Source of the DNA: Scenedesmus sp. PABB004
Taxonomy: Eukaryota
Direction: 5' to 3'
Length of the DNA: 64,000 nucleotides
Assembly (NCBI GenBank): GCA_014905635.1
Contig: JABVCE010000009.1
Coordinates: 1-64,000, forward strand
The notes below the pieces were generated by a model that saw only the letters and a program-made list of their open reading frames with translations, had not been told where the DNA came from and did no database searches. Shown one piece after another: positions 1 through 10,287 of this stretch. The position numbers were made by a program, and so were the translations under genes. Position 1 is the stretch's first letter. Each line of letters opens with the position of its first letter.

Positions 1-2696
1 TTGTTGGCCACGTGGGCGGCGATCTCCTCGTTCATTGCGCGTCGTCCCACTTGGACGCGTCGAGCGGCGCGAGCGCCTCGGTGCGCGTGGCCGGGTCGGG
101 CAAGACCTGCCCCGCGTAGTGCGCGGCGCGGCGGCGTTCCACCACTCACCGGCTTGCGCGACACGCGCCCCGAGCGCGTGATGTGCCGCCGGTGGTGGAG
201 TCGGTGCCGCCGGCGGTCGGCGCCGGCATGTTTGTCGTTGCTCTCGGGCGCCGGGCTCGGCGCGGGCGGCGGCGAGCCGCCCCGGGCTCGAGGGCGGGGA
301 GCCGCCGGGCTCGCGGGCGGGGAGCCGCCCGGGGTGCCCGGCGGGGAGCCGCTCGGCGGCGCACGTCGTGCGCGCCGGAGTCGGGCTCGTCCTCAAAGGC
401 GTCGTCCGCCGGGAACTTCTCGCGGCGTAGCGGGTGATGTCGGGTCGATGAGCGTCGGGGACTTGTAGTTGGCGAAGCTCTGGAGAGCACCTGCTCTCGT
501 CGAAGACGACGTTGCGGCTCAACTTGATGTTGCCGTCGGGCATGAGGATGCGGTAGCCCTTGCCAAAGGCCGGGTAGCCCACCATGATGCCCTTCTCGGC
601 GTGCGGCTCGAGCTTGGTCCTCTTCTCCTTGGGCACGTGGGCGTAGGCCGTGGCGCCAAAGACGCGGAGCGTTGACACGTCGGGCTTGCGGCCGAAGAAG
701 GCCTCGAACGGCGTCTTGGGCTTGCCGCTCACGGGAGAGAGGTTGCGGAGTGGTTGGCCGTCATGATCGCCTCACCCCACGCCGCGGGCGGGAGCTCGGC
801 GGCGTAGATCATGGGGAGCACCTTGTTGAGGAGCGTGCGGTTGAGCCGCTCGGCGGTGCCGTTTTGCTCGGGCGTGTAGGGCATGGGTCTTTGGTGCGCG
901 ATGCCCTTGTCCTTGAAGAAGCCAGAGAGGTCGGCGTTGACGTACTCGGAGCCGTTGTCGGTGCGGACGGCCTTGACGTGGTGGGCGTCGGTTGCTTCTC
1001 CATGTAGGTGAGCACCTCCTTGACGGCCGGCGTGACGTCGGCCTTGCTCTTGAGCGTGCGCACGATGGAGTAGCCCGTCGCGTGGTCGAGATGAAGGTCG
1101 CGGCGTACTTGGCGCCGCCGTAAGAGAGCTCGGTCATGGGGCCGCACACGTCCATGCTCACGAGCGCGAGCGGCGTGTCGTACACCGTCGCGGACTCACC
1201 GAAGGGGAGGCGCGTCGTCTTGCCCATCACGCACGGCTCGCACATGGGAGCGCCTTGAAGTCGGTGGTCGTGAGGTCCATGCCGGTCACCATGCCGTGCT
1301 GCGGCGGCGCGCTCGAGGTTGGCGTAGCCGAGGTGGCCAAGGCGCGCGTGCCACACCTCGGGCGCCTCTTGGGCAATGAGCGCCGGGCTCGGGGAGCCGC
1401 GGAGCGTGTTGCTCACGATGCACGGGATGCCGTTGGGCGCGTCGATGGCGGGTGACGATCGTCTCGCCGCCCATGCGCACGGCGCACTTGTTGCCCTCCA
1501 TGATGAACGTGGCGCCGGCGAGCTTGGCCATCTTGATGGAGACGAGCTTGGCCGCAAAGCCGGGGATGTAGAGCACGCGGCGGAGCACGATGCGCCGCGA
1601 GATGACGTTGGACTCGTGCAAGATGGCGTCGCCCTCGAGCTCGGCGGCGACCACCTCGCCGGTGCCCACGATGACCTTGGTCGAGCACGGCTTGGGGTTG
1701 TTGAGGTCGCCGGCGTCGTTGGTGATGTGGCGCTCGGCCCCCGAGTCGATGAACCACGTGCACGCGTAGTCCGGGTTGTCGTAGTCGGGAGCGAGCGTGG
1801 TGGCGGTCCACGCCACCCGCGGCCCTCGGTGTCGGGCGTGCCCTTGCGCGCCTCGACCGCGGCCGCTCGCCGCACTCACCGATGAAGTGGCCGGGCTTCT
1901 TGCAATAGTAGCACACGTCTTTGGCGTCCTTGGACGCGCCGAAGCGCGGCCGGTTGCCGCCGGGCGAGCCGCCGCCGTTGAACGGGCGCGGCGAGTTGAC
2001 GAAGCGCGACGCGCCGAGCATGGCGCGGCGCGGGTTGAAGGGCTTGTTGAAGCGCGGGTTGAACGTCTTGTTGAGCGGCTTGAACTTGGGCCGCGGCGCG
2101 GTCGCAAAGTAGGCCTTCTCGGTGTTGGCCGGGGTTTGCGCCTCCACGGTCAAGAGCTCGGAGATGACCTCCTCGAGCGTGGGGAAGGGCTTCTTGCTCA
2201 TGATGATCTTCTTGGTGACCTCGTACGCGCTCGGGAGCTTGTCGAGCATGGCGAGCGAGATGTCCATGTCGTCCACCAGGCGCGGCGGAGATGAGGTTGT
2301 CCTTGAGCGCGTACGCGCGGCCGGCAAAGGCCGTGATGGTCTCGGTGTTGCCCTTGGCGAGCGTGCTCAACTCGCGCTTGAAGCGCACGATGCTTGCCGT
2401 GTTTTGGGTGTGGTACATGTTGGCGAGCTTGTCCCACGCTTCCTTGGCGGTGGTGCACGTTTGGATGAGTGGCAAGATCTTGTTGTCGACGGAGAGGACG
2501 ATGGCGGCAAGGGCCTTGTCGTCGCGCGCGGGCGTCGCGCGCCGGGCGCGGCGTCGGCGTCGTTGCCGGGCGGCGGCGCGTCGATGAGCGCGCCATAGAA
2601 GCCCTTGAGCTTGAGGTAGAAGGTAATCTTGGTGCTCCACGTGACGTAGTTGGAGCCGGTGAATCGCTCAACGCCAAACTTTTCAAAGTCCATCAT
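1..2696 (-). pseudogene. copia gag-pol polyprotein, broken by several frameshifts, continues beyond the window
   Basis: Domains are spread over ORFs 2367..2696, 1876..2640, 1413..2327, 1286..2107, 772..1875 and 809..1147 in different frames. Confidence 0.85.
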
Positions 2697-3626
2697 GACG
2701 GTAGCCGCGTTGGCGGGCCGATGGAGTTATTGGCGGATGTCTCCCACGTCACGCCGCGCCGTAGACGCGCGCACGTACGAGGTGTACGGACGCCCCGCCT
2801 AGATGTCCGATGCACGCGGCCGAGACGTACGCACACCTACGTACGGCGCGGGGCGGCGGGCGGACGGCGAAGGGGCAAGGCCCCTTTGAAGTTAGCTCAG
2901 GTTTGGAGACACGAGGCGCGCGCTAGCGTAGCGTGCGAGCGTAGCCGAGGCGCACGCGCGGGCGCAAGAGCGGCCGGGCGCGAGCGCGGCGCGCGTTACG
3001 AGTTGGTCGAGGCGCCGAGGGTCGTAGGGGCGCGAGGGTCGAGGGCGCCGAGAGTCGTAGGGCGCGAGGGTCGAGGGCGCCGAGGGTCGTAGGGGCGCGG
3101 GTCGAGGGATGTCCTCCAACGTCACGCCGCCGTGTAGACACGCACGCCCAAGGTGCACGGACGCCCGCCTTGATGACCGATGCGCACGGCCGGGTCGTAC
3201 GTACACCTGTGAGCGGCGCGGGCGGGCGGACGGGCGAAGGGCCGAGGCCCTTGAGCGCGAGAAGAGGCAAAGTCGGCGCGAGAAGGGCCGACGTCGAGCG
3301 CGCGGCGCCGAGTAGATCGAGCGCGGCGCGGGAAGCGCGACGGAGCGCGACGGAGCGCAAACGAGCACGCGCGAGCAAGCGCGGGCGCGATTTACTGCGT
3401 TTGACGAGGGCGACTCAAGTAAAAGAAGTCGCGGACAAGGGGCGATGCCTCTGCCAAGCGCCAAGTAGACAATAGGGCTCTCGAATAGGACGGTGGAGGT
3501 CGCAGGATCGAATCTGGGGCCTTCTTTTGGGGCCGCTTGACGGAGGCCTCCGGAGCTCCGCGGAGTTGTCGAGTTGCCGGAGCGATGCGCGCGAAGCCTC
3601 CGCGATGCCTTTAGAGCACCGGGGAT

Positions 3627-3637
3627 GGCTCATGACC
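3627..3637 (-). promoter_or_regulatory. Primer-binding site, half-tRNA(iMet) type (GGTCATGAGCC)
   Basis: Lies 3 nt after the LTR end. One mismatch from GGTTATGAGCC, the complement of the initiator-tRNA anticodon arm used by hemivirus-type copia elements. Confidence 0.7.
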
Positions 3638-3640
3638 ACT

Positions 3641-3991
3641 TGGTCGGAGTAGGCGCGGTTGTTGCCGGCTAGAAGAGCGAGTCGACAACGGCGGACAGCG
3701 GCGGTTGGCCAACGAGAGAGCACGGAGACACGAGTGAAGGAGCAAAGGTTACATGTGCGTGGTGAAGAGACTCCTTAGGCAAACGGGGCGGGCGCACGGA
3801 GCTATATAGCCGAAACGGTATCGGTAATCGCAGCTTCTCGGCGGCTGCCGGTAGCTGCGCCGTAAGCAGCTTCCACCGCGGTTAGCACCTTCCACAAGAG
3901 CCCAACTAAGCCCCAAAGTTCCGAGTAGCTTCCTTTAGGCTCCATGCACGCAATGGGGTGAGTGTGCGGCCGAAAACACGCACTCTCATCA
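3641..3991 (-). repeat. 5' LTR of copia A (351 bp)
   Basis: Minus strand begins TGATGAGAG and ends CTCCGACCA (TG..CA with imperfect inverted termini). Contains CTATATAG (3802-3809) and a minus-strand TGTAA (3749-3753). The PBS follows 3 nt downstream. Confidence 0.8.
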
Positions 3992-6900
3992 CGCGGGCCG
4001 CGCCCGCCCGCGCGCGCGCCCGCTCGCCGGCGCCGCGGCGCGGCCGCTGCCGTGCGCCGTTTCCCCTGCCCCGCCGCCCCTGCGGAGCGGAGGTGCGCGG
4101 CTCCAACATGCTGCCCGGCCGCGGGCTGCGCCGCCGAGGTCGGCCGCCGCGGGCCGCGCCGCGCCCGGGCCGCGCGCCGCCCGCCGCGCGCCGCGCTCGC
4201 CGGCGCCGCGGCGCGGCGCTGCCGTGCGCCGTTTCCCCTGCCCCGCCGCCCCTGCGGAGCGGAGGTGCGCGGCTCCAACATGCTGCCCGGCCGCGGGCTG
4301 CGCCGCCGAGGTCGGCCGCGGGCGGCCGCGCCGCGCCGCGGGCGCGCGCCGCCCGCGCGCGCGCCGCTCGCCGGCGCCGCGGCGCGGCGCTGCCGTGCGC
4401 CGTTTCCCTGCCCCGCCGCCCCTGCGGAGCGGAGGTGCGCGGCTCCAACATGCTGCCCGGCCGCGGGCTGCGCCGCCGAGGTCGGCCGCCGGCGGCCGCG
4501 CCGCGCCGCGGGCCGCGCGCCGCCCCGCGCGCGCGCGCTCGCCGGCGCCGCGGCGCGGCGCTGCCGTGCGCCGTTTCCCCTGCCCCGCCGCCCCTGCGGA
4601 GCGGAGGTGCGCGGCTCCAACATGCTGCCCGGCCGCGGGCTGCGCCGCCGAGGTCGGCCGCGGGCGGCCGCGCCGCGCCGCGGGCCGCGCGCCGCCCGCG
4701 CGCGCGCCGCTCGCCGGCGCCGCGGCGCGGGCGCTGCCGTGCGCCGTTTCCCCTGCCCCGCCGCCCCTGCGGAGCGGAGGTGCGCGGCTCCAACATGCTG
4801 CCCGGCCGCGGGCTGCGCCGCCGAGGTCGGCCGCGGGCGGCCGCGCCGCGCCGCGGGCCGCGCGCCGCCCGCGCGCGCGCCGCTCGCCGGCGCCGCGGCG
4901 CGGCGCTGCCGTGCGCCGTTTCCCCTGCCCCGCCGCCCCTGCGGAGCGGAGGTGCGCGGCTCCAACATGCTGCCCGGCCGCGGGCTGCGCCGCCGAGGTC
5001 GGCCGCCGGCGGCCGCGCCGCGCCGCGGGCCGCGCGCCGCCCGCGCGCGCGCCGCTCGCCGGCGCCGCGGCGCGGCGCTGCCGTGCGCCGTTTCCCCTGC
5101 CCCGCCGCCCCTGCGGAGCGGAGGTGCGCGGCTCCAACATGCTGCCCGGCCGCGGGCTGCGCCGCCGAGGTCGGCCGCCGGCGGCCGCGCCGCGCCGCGG
5201 GCCGCGCGCCGCCCGCCGCGCGCGCCGCTCGCCGGCGCCGCGGCGCGGCGCTGCCGTGCGCCGTTTCCCCTGCCCCGCCGCCCCTGCGGAGCGGAGGTGC
5301 GCGGCTCCAACATGCTGCCCGGCCGCGGGCTGCGCCGCCGAGGTCGGCCGCGGGGCCGCCGCCGCGCCGCGGGCCGCGCGCCGCCCGCGCGCGCGCGCTC
5401 GCCGGCGCCGCGGCGCGGCGCTGCCGTGCGCCGTTTCCCCTGCCCCGCCGCCCCTGCGGAGCGGAGGTGCGCGGCTCCAACATGCTGCCCGGCCGCGGGC
5501 TGCGCCGCCGAGGTCGGCCGCCGGCGGCCGCGCCGCGCCGCGGGCCGCGCGCCGCCCGCGCGCGCGCCGCTCGCCGGCGCCGCGGCGCGGCGCTGCCGTG
5601 CGCCGTTTCCCCTGCCCCGCCGCCCCTGCGGAGCGGAGGTGCGCGGCTCCAACATGCTGCCCGGCCGCGGGCTGCGCCGCCGAGGTCGGCCGCCGGCGGC
5701 CGCGCCGCGCCGCGGGCCGCGCGCCGCCCGCGCGCGCGCCGCTCGCCGGCGCCGCGGCGCGGCGCTGCCGTGCGCCGTTTCCCCTGCCCCGCCGCCCCTG
5801 CGGAGCGGAGGTGCGCGGCTCCAACATGCTGCCCGGCCGCGGGCTGCGCCGCCGAGGTCGGCCGCCGGCGGCCGCGCCGCGCCGCGGCGCGGCGCGCCGC
5901 CCGCACGCGCGCCGCTCGCCGGCGCCGCGGCGCGGCGCTGCCGTGCGCCGTTTCCCCTGCCCCGCCGCCCCTGCGGAGCGGAGGTGCGCGGCTCCAACAT
6001 GCTGCCCGGCCGCGGGCTGCGCCGCCGAGGTCGGCCGCCGGCGGCCGCGCCGCGCCGCGGGCCGCGCGCCGCCCGCGCGCGCGCCGCTCGCCGGCGCCGC
6101 GGCGCGGCGCTGCCGTGCGCCGTTTCCCCTGCCCCGCCGCCCCTGCGGAGCGGAGGTGCGCGGCTCCAACATGCTGCCCGGCCGCGGGCTGCGCCGCCGA
6201 GGTCGGCCGCCGGCGGCCGCGCCGCGCCGCGGGCCGCGCGCCGCCCGCGCGCGCGCCGCTCGCCGGCGCCGCGGCGCAGCGCTGCCGTGCGCCGTTTCCC
6301 CTGCCCCGCCGCCCCTGCGGAGCGGAGGTGCGCGGCTCCAACATGCTGCCCGGCCGCGGGCTGCGCCGCCGAGGTCGGCCGCCGGCGGCCGCGCCGCGCC
6401 GCGGGCCGCGCGCCGCCCGCGCGCGCGCCGCTCGCCGGCGCCGCGGCGCAGCGCTGCCGTGCGCCGTTTCCCCTGCCCCGCCGCCCCTGCGGAGCGGAGG
6501 TGCGCGGCTCCAACATGCTGCCCGGCCGCGGGCTGCGCCGCCGAGGTCGGCCGCCGGCGGCCGCGCCGCGCCGCGGGCCGCGCGCCGCCCGCGCGCGCGC
6601 CGCTCGCCGGCGCCGCGGCGCGGCGCTGCCGTGCGCCGTTTCCCCTGCCCCGCCGCCCCTGCGGAGCGGAGGTGCGCGGCTCCAACATGCTGCCCGGCCG
6701 CGGGCTGCGCCGCCGAGGTCGGCCGCCGGCGGCCGCGCCGCGCCGCGGGCCGCGCGCCGCCCGCGCGCGCGCCGCTCGCCGGCGCCGCGGCGCGGCGCTG
6801 CCGTGCGCCGTTTCCCCTGCCCCGCCGCCCCTGCGGAGCGGAGGTGCGCGGCTCCAACATGCTGCCCGGCCGCGGGCTGCGCCGCCGAGGTCGGCCGCGG

Positions 6901-9500
6901 GCGGCCGCGCCGCGCCGCGGGCCGCGCGCCGCGCGGCGCGCGCCGCTCGCCGGCGCCGCGGCGCGGCGCTGCCGTGCGCCGTTTCCCCTGCCCCGCCGCC
7001 CCTGCGGAGCGGAGGTGCGCGGCTCCAACATGCTGCCCGGCCGCGGGCTGCGCCGCCGAGGTCGGCCGCGGGCGGCCGCGCCGCGCCGCGGGCCGCGCGC
7101 CGCCCGCGCGCGCGCCGCTCGCCGGCGCCGCGGCGCGGCGCTGCCGTGCGCCGTTTCCCTGCCCCGCCGCCCCTGCGGAGCGGAGGTGCGCGGCTCCAAC
7201 ATGCTGCCCGGCCGCGGGCTGCGCCGCCGAGGTCGGCCGCCGGCGGCCGCGCCGCGCCGCGGGCCGCGCGCCGCCCGCGCGCGCGCCGCTCGCCGGCGCC
7301 GCGGCGCGGCGCTGCCGTGCGCCGTTTCCCCTGCCCCGCCGCCCCTGCGGAGCGGAGGTGCGCGGCTCCAACATGCTGCCCGGCCGCGGGCTGCGCCGCC
7401 GAGGTCGGCCGCCGGCGGCCGCGCCGCGCCGCGGGCCGCGCGCCGCCCGCGCGCGCGCCGCTCGCCGGCGCCGCGGCGCGGCGCTGCCGTGCGCCGTTTC
7501 CCCTGCCCCGCCGCCCCTGCGGAGCGGAGGTGCGCGGCTCCAACATGCTGCCCGGCCGCGGGCTGCGCCGCCGAGGTCGGCCGCCGGCGGCCGCGCCGCG
7601 CCGCGGCGCGGCGCGCCGCCCGCGCGCGCGCCGCTCGCCGGCGCCGCGGCGCGGCGCTGCCGTGCGCCGTTTCCCCTGCCCCGCCGCCCCTGCGGAGCGG
7701 AGGTGCGCGGCTCCAACATGCTGCCCGGCCGCGGGCTGCGCCGCCGAGGTCGGCCGCCGGCGGCCGCGCCGCGCCGCGGGCCGCGCGCCGCCCGCGCGCG
7801 CGCCGCTCGCCGGCGCCGCGGCGCGGCGCTGCCGTGCGCCGTTTCCCCTGCCCCGCCGCCCCTGCGGAGCGGAGGTGCGCGGCTCCAACATGCTGCCCGG
7901 CCGCGGGCTGCGCCGCCGAGGTCGGCCGCCGGCGGCCGCGCCGCGCCGCGGGCCGCGCGCCGCCCGCGCGCGCGCCCGCTCGCCGGCGCCGCGGCGCGGC
8001 GCTGCCGTGCGCCGTTTCCCCTGCCCCGCCGCCCCTGCGGAGCGGAGGTGCGCGGCTCCAACATGCTGCCCGGCCGCGGGCTGCGCCGCCGAGGTCGGCC
8101 GCCGGCGGCCGCGCCGCGCCGCGGGCCGCGCGCCGCCCGCGCGCGCGCCGCTCGCCGGCGCCGCGGCGCGGCGCTGCCGTGCGCCGTTTCCCCTGCCCCG
8201 CCGCCCCTGCGGAGCGGAGGTGCGCGGCTCCAACATGCTGCCCGGCCGCGGGCTGCGCCGCCGAGGTCGGCCGCCGGCGGCCGCGCCGCGCCGCGGGCCG
8301 CGCGCCGCCCGCGCGCGCGCCGCTCGCCGGCGCCGCGGCGCGGCGCTGCCGTGCGCCGTTTCCCCTGCCCCGCCGCCCCTGCGGAGCGGAGGTGCGCGGC
8401 TCCAACATGCTGCCCGGCCGCGGGCTGCGCCGCCGAGGTCGGCCGCGGGCGGCCGCGCCGCGCCGCGGGCCGCGCGCCGCCCGCGCGCGCGCCGCTCGCC
8501 GGCGCCGCGGCGCGGCGCTGCCGTGCGCCGTTTCCCCTGCCCCGCCGCCCCTGCGGAGCGGAGGTGCGCGGCTCCGACATGCTGCCCGGCCGCGGGCTGC
8601 GCCGCCGAGGTCGGCCGCCGGCGGCCGCGCCGCGCCGCGGGCCGCGCGCCGCCCGCGCGCGCGCCGCTCGCCGGCGCCGCGGCGCGGCGCTGCCGTGCGC
8701 CGTTTCCCCTGCCCCGCCGCCCCTGCGGAGCGGAGGTGCGCGGCTCCAACATGCTGCCCGGCCGCGGGCTGCGCCGCCGAGGTCGGCCGCGGGCGGCCGC
8801 GCCGCGCCGCGGGCCGCGCGCCGCCCGCGCGCGCGCCGCTCGCCGGCGCCGCGGCGCGGCGCTGCCGTGCGCCGTTTCCCCTGCCCCGCCGCCCCTGCGG
8901 AGCGGAGGTGCGCGGCTCCAACATGCTGCCCGGCCGCGGGCTGCGCCGCCGAGGTCGGCCGCCGGCGGCCGCGCCGCGCCGGGGCCGCGCGCCGCCCGCG
9001 CGCGCGCCGCTCGCCGGCGCCGCGGCGCGGCGCTGCCGTGCGCCGTTTCCCCTGCCCCGCCGCCCCTGCGGAGCGGAGGTGCGCGGCTCCAACATGCTGC
9101 CCGGCCGCGGGCTGCGCCGCCGAGGTCGGCCGCCGGCGGCCGCGCCGCGCCGCGGGCCGCGCGCCGCCCGCGCGCGCGCCGCTCGCCGGCGCCGCGGCGC
9201 GGCGCTGCCGTGCGCCGTTTCCCCTGCCCCGCCGCCCCTGCGGAGCGGAGGTGCGCGGCTCCAACATGCTGCCCGGCCGCGGGCTGCGCCGCCGAGGTCG
9301 GCCGCCGGCGGCCGCGCCGCGCCGCGGGCCGCGCGCCGCCCGCGCGCGCGCCGGTCGCTGGCGCCGCGGCGCGGCGCTGCCGTGCGCCGTTTCGTTTTTT
9401 TTTTTTTTGTTACAATGGGTGACCAGACAAGGACCGAGGCCCATGGGCAGCCCATTGATCGTGCGCCGTTTCCCCTGCCCCGCCGCCCCTGCGGAGCGGA
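3992..9500. repeat. 172-bp tandem satellite, ~31 copies, ~88% GC
   Basis: Marker CTCCAACATG recurs at 4101, 4273, 4443, 4615, 4788, 4960 ... 9259 (spacing 170-173). Units are nearly identical. Confidence 0.98.
9394..9459 (-). mobile_element. 66-bp 5'-truncated non-LTR element (family B) with poly(A) tail and 13-bp TSD
   Basis: Minus strand ...GGTCACCCATTGTAAC(A)14. Flanked by CGTGCGCCGTTTC at 9381-9393 and 9460-9472, inside the last satellite unit. Confidence 0.9.
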
Positions 9501-10266
9501 TGCGCGCGGCGGCGTTCATATCGTCGCTTGCGCAGCGCGGCGGCTAGCTGCAGGGGCCGGGGGGGTCCGCGGCCGGGCTTGCTGCGACCCCGGCTGGCTG
9601 CGTGTCGCGCCTCTTCTGCAGCGTGCAAGGTTGGGCGGTGTCCCCCCGTGCCGCGGGGCTGGTGTCTGCGTGTTTGTCGTCGCGCGGCGAGGGGGCTGCA
9701 GCCGATGGGGCCGGCCCCTGGCGCCGCCGGCGTGTTTGGCGGCTGCACGCGCTCCGTGCGCGGCGGCTTGGCGTGCTGCCTGCCCGGTGGGGCGGCTTTC
9801 TCATCGGTGCGCGGCTTTCTCAGGGGTTTTTGCAGCAAAGCCAACTGCTGCCCCCTGGTGTGTGCGTGTGTCGTCGCGCGGCGCGGGGGCTGATGCCGCT
9901 GAGGCCGGCCCCTGCCGCCGCCAGCGTGGATGGCGTTTGCGCGTGATCTCTGCGCGGAGGCTTGGAGCCGGTGCACCTCGCTGCACCGATGCCCGGTGCG
10001 GCTCGCCGCACCGGAAGGGGGGTGTGCGGCCTGATCTGCTGCTGCCCCTTTGATTGCGGGGCATCACCTGGTCTCCTTGGGCGCCCGTTGGGCGTTGGCC
10101 TCTGGATGTGCCGTTGGGTGATGTGTGTGCCCCCTCTCGGGGGGCGCCGGGGCGCGGTTTTTCACGAGGGGTTGCTGCGCTCTTCCCGTTGGAGTTTTTT
10201 TCTATGGGCTGCCCATGGGCCTCGGTCCTTGTCTGGTCACCCATTGTAACAAAAAAAAATAAAAAT
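9501..10266 (+). mobile_element. 5'-truncated non-LTR element family B (long 3' UTR plus A-rich tail)
   Basis: Ends ...GGTCACCCATTGTAACAAAAAAAAATAAAAAT. The last ~160 bp match the copy at 10763-10933. The 5' boundary is approximate and no TSD was found. Confidence 0.75.
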
Positions 10267-10287
10267 CATAAAGTTGGCGGGCATGTA

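Larger units (their letters stand above)
1..3991 (-). mobile_element. Ty1/copia LTR retrotransposon A (5' LTR, leader, gag, protease, integrase; RT begins at the window edge), multiply frameshifted
   Basis: Minus-strand gag starts MMDFEKFGVERFTGSNYVTW (2696). Motifs: zinc knuckle CYYCKKPGHFIGEC, protease WFIDSGAERHI, pre-integrase VWHARLGH...CEPCVMGK, integrase LVSMDVCGP, and AMNEEIAAH (RT start) near position 40. PR-IN-RT order is copia-type. Confidence 0.93.

Noticed and set aside
3992..9500. CRISPR-like array
   Set aside because: Units are contiguous and near-identical with no unique spacers, there are no cas genes, and the context is eukaryotic.
3802..10053. Six giant ORFs of 1587-2031 aa
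   Set aside because: Artefact of a stop-free 172-bp GC-rich satellite. All six frames are open and the peptide cycles through frames.
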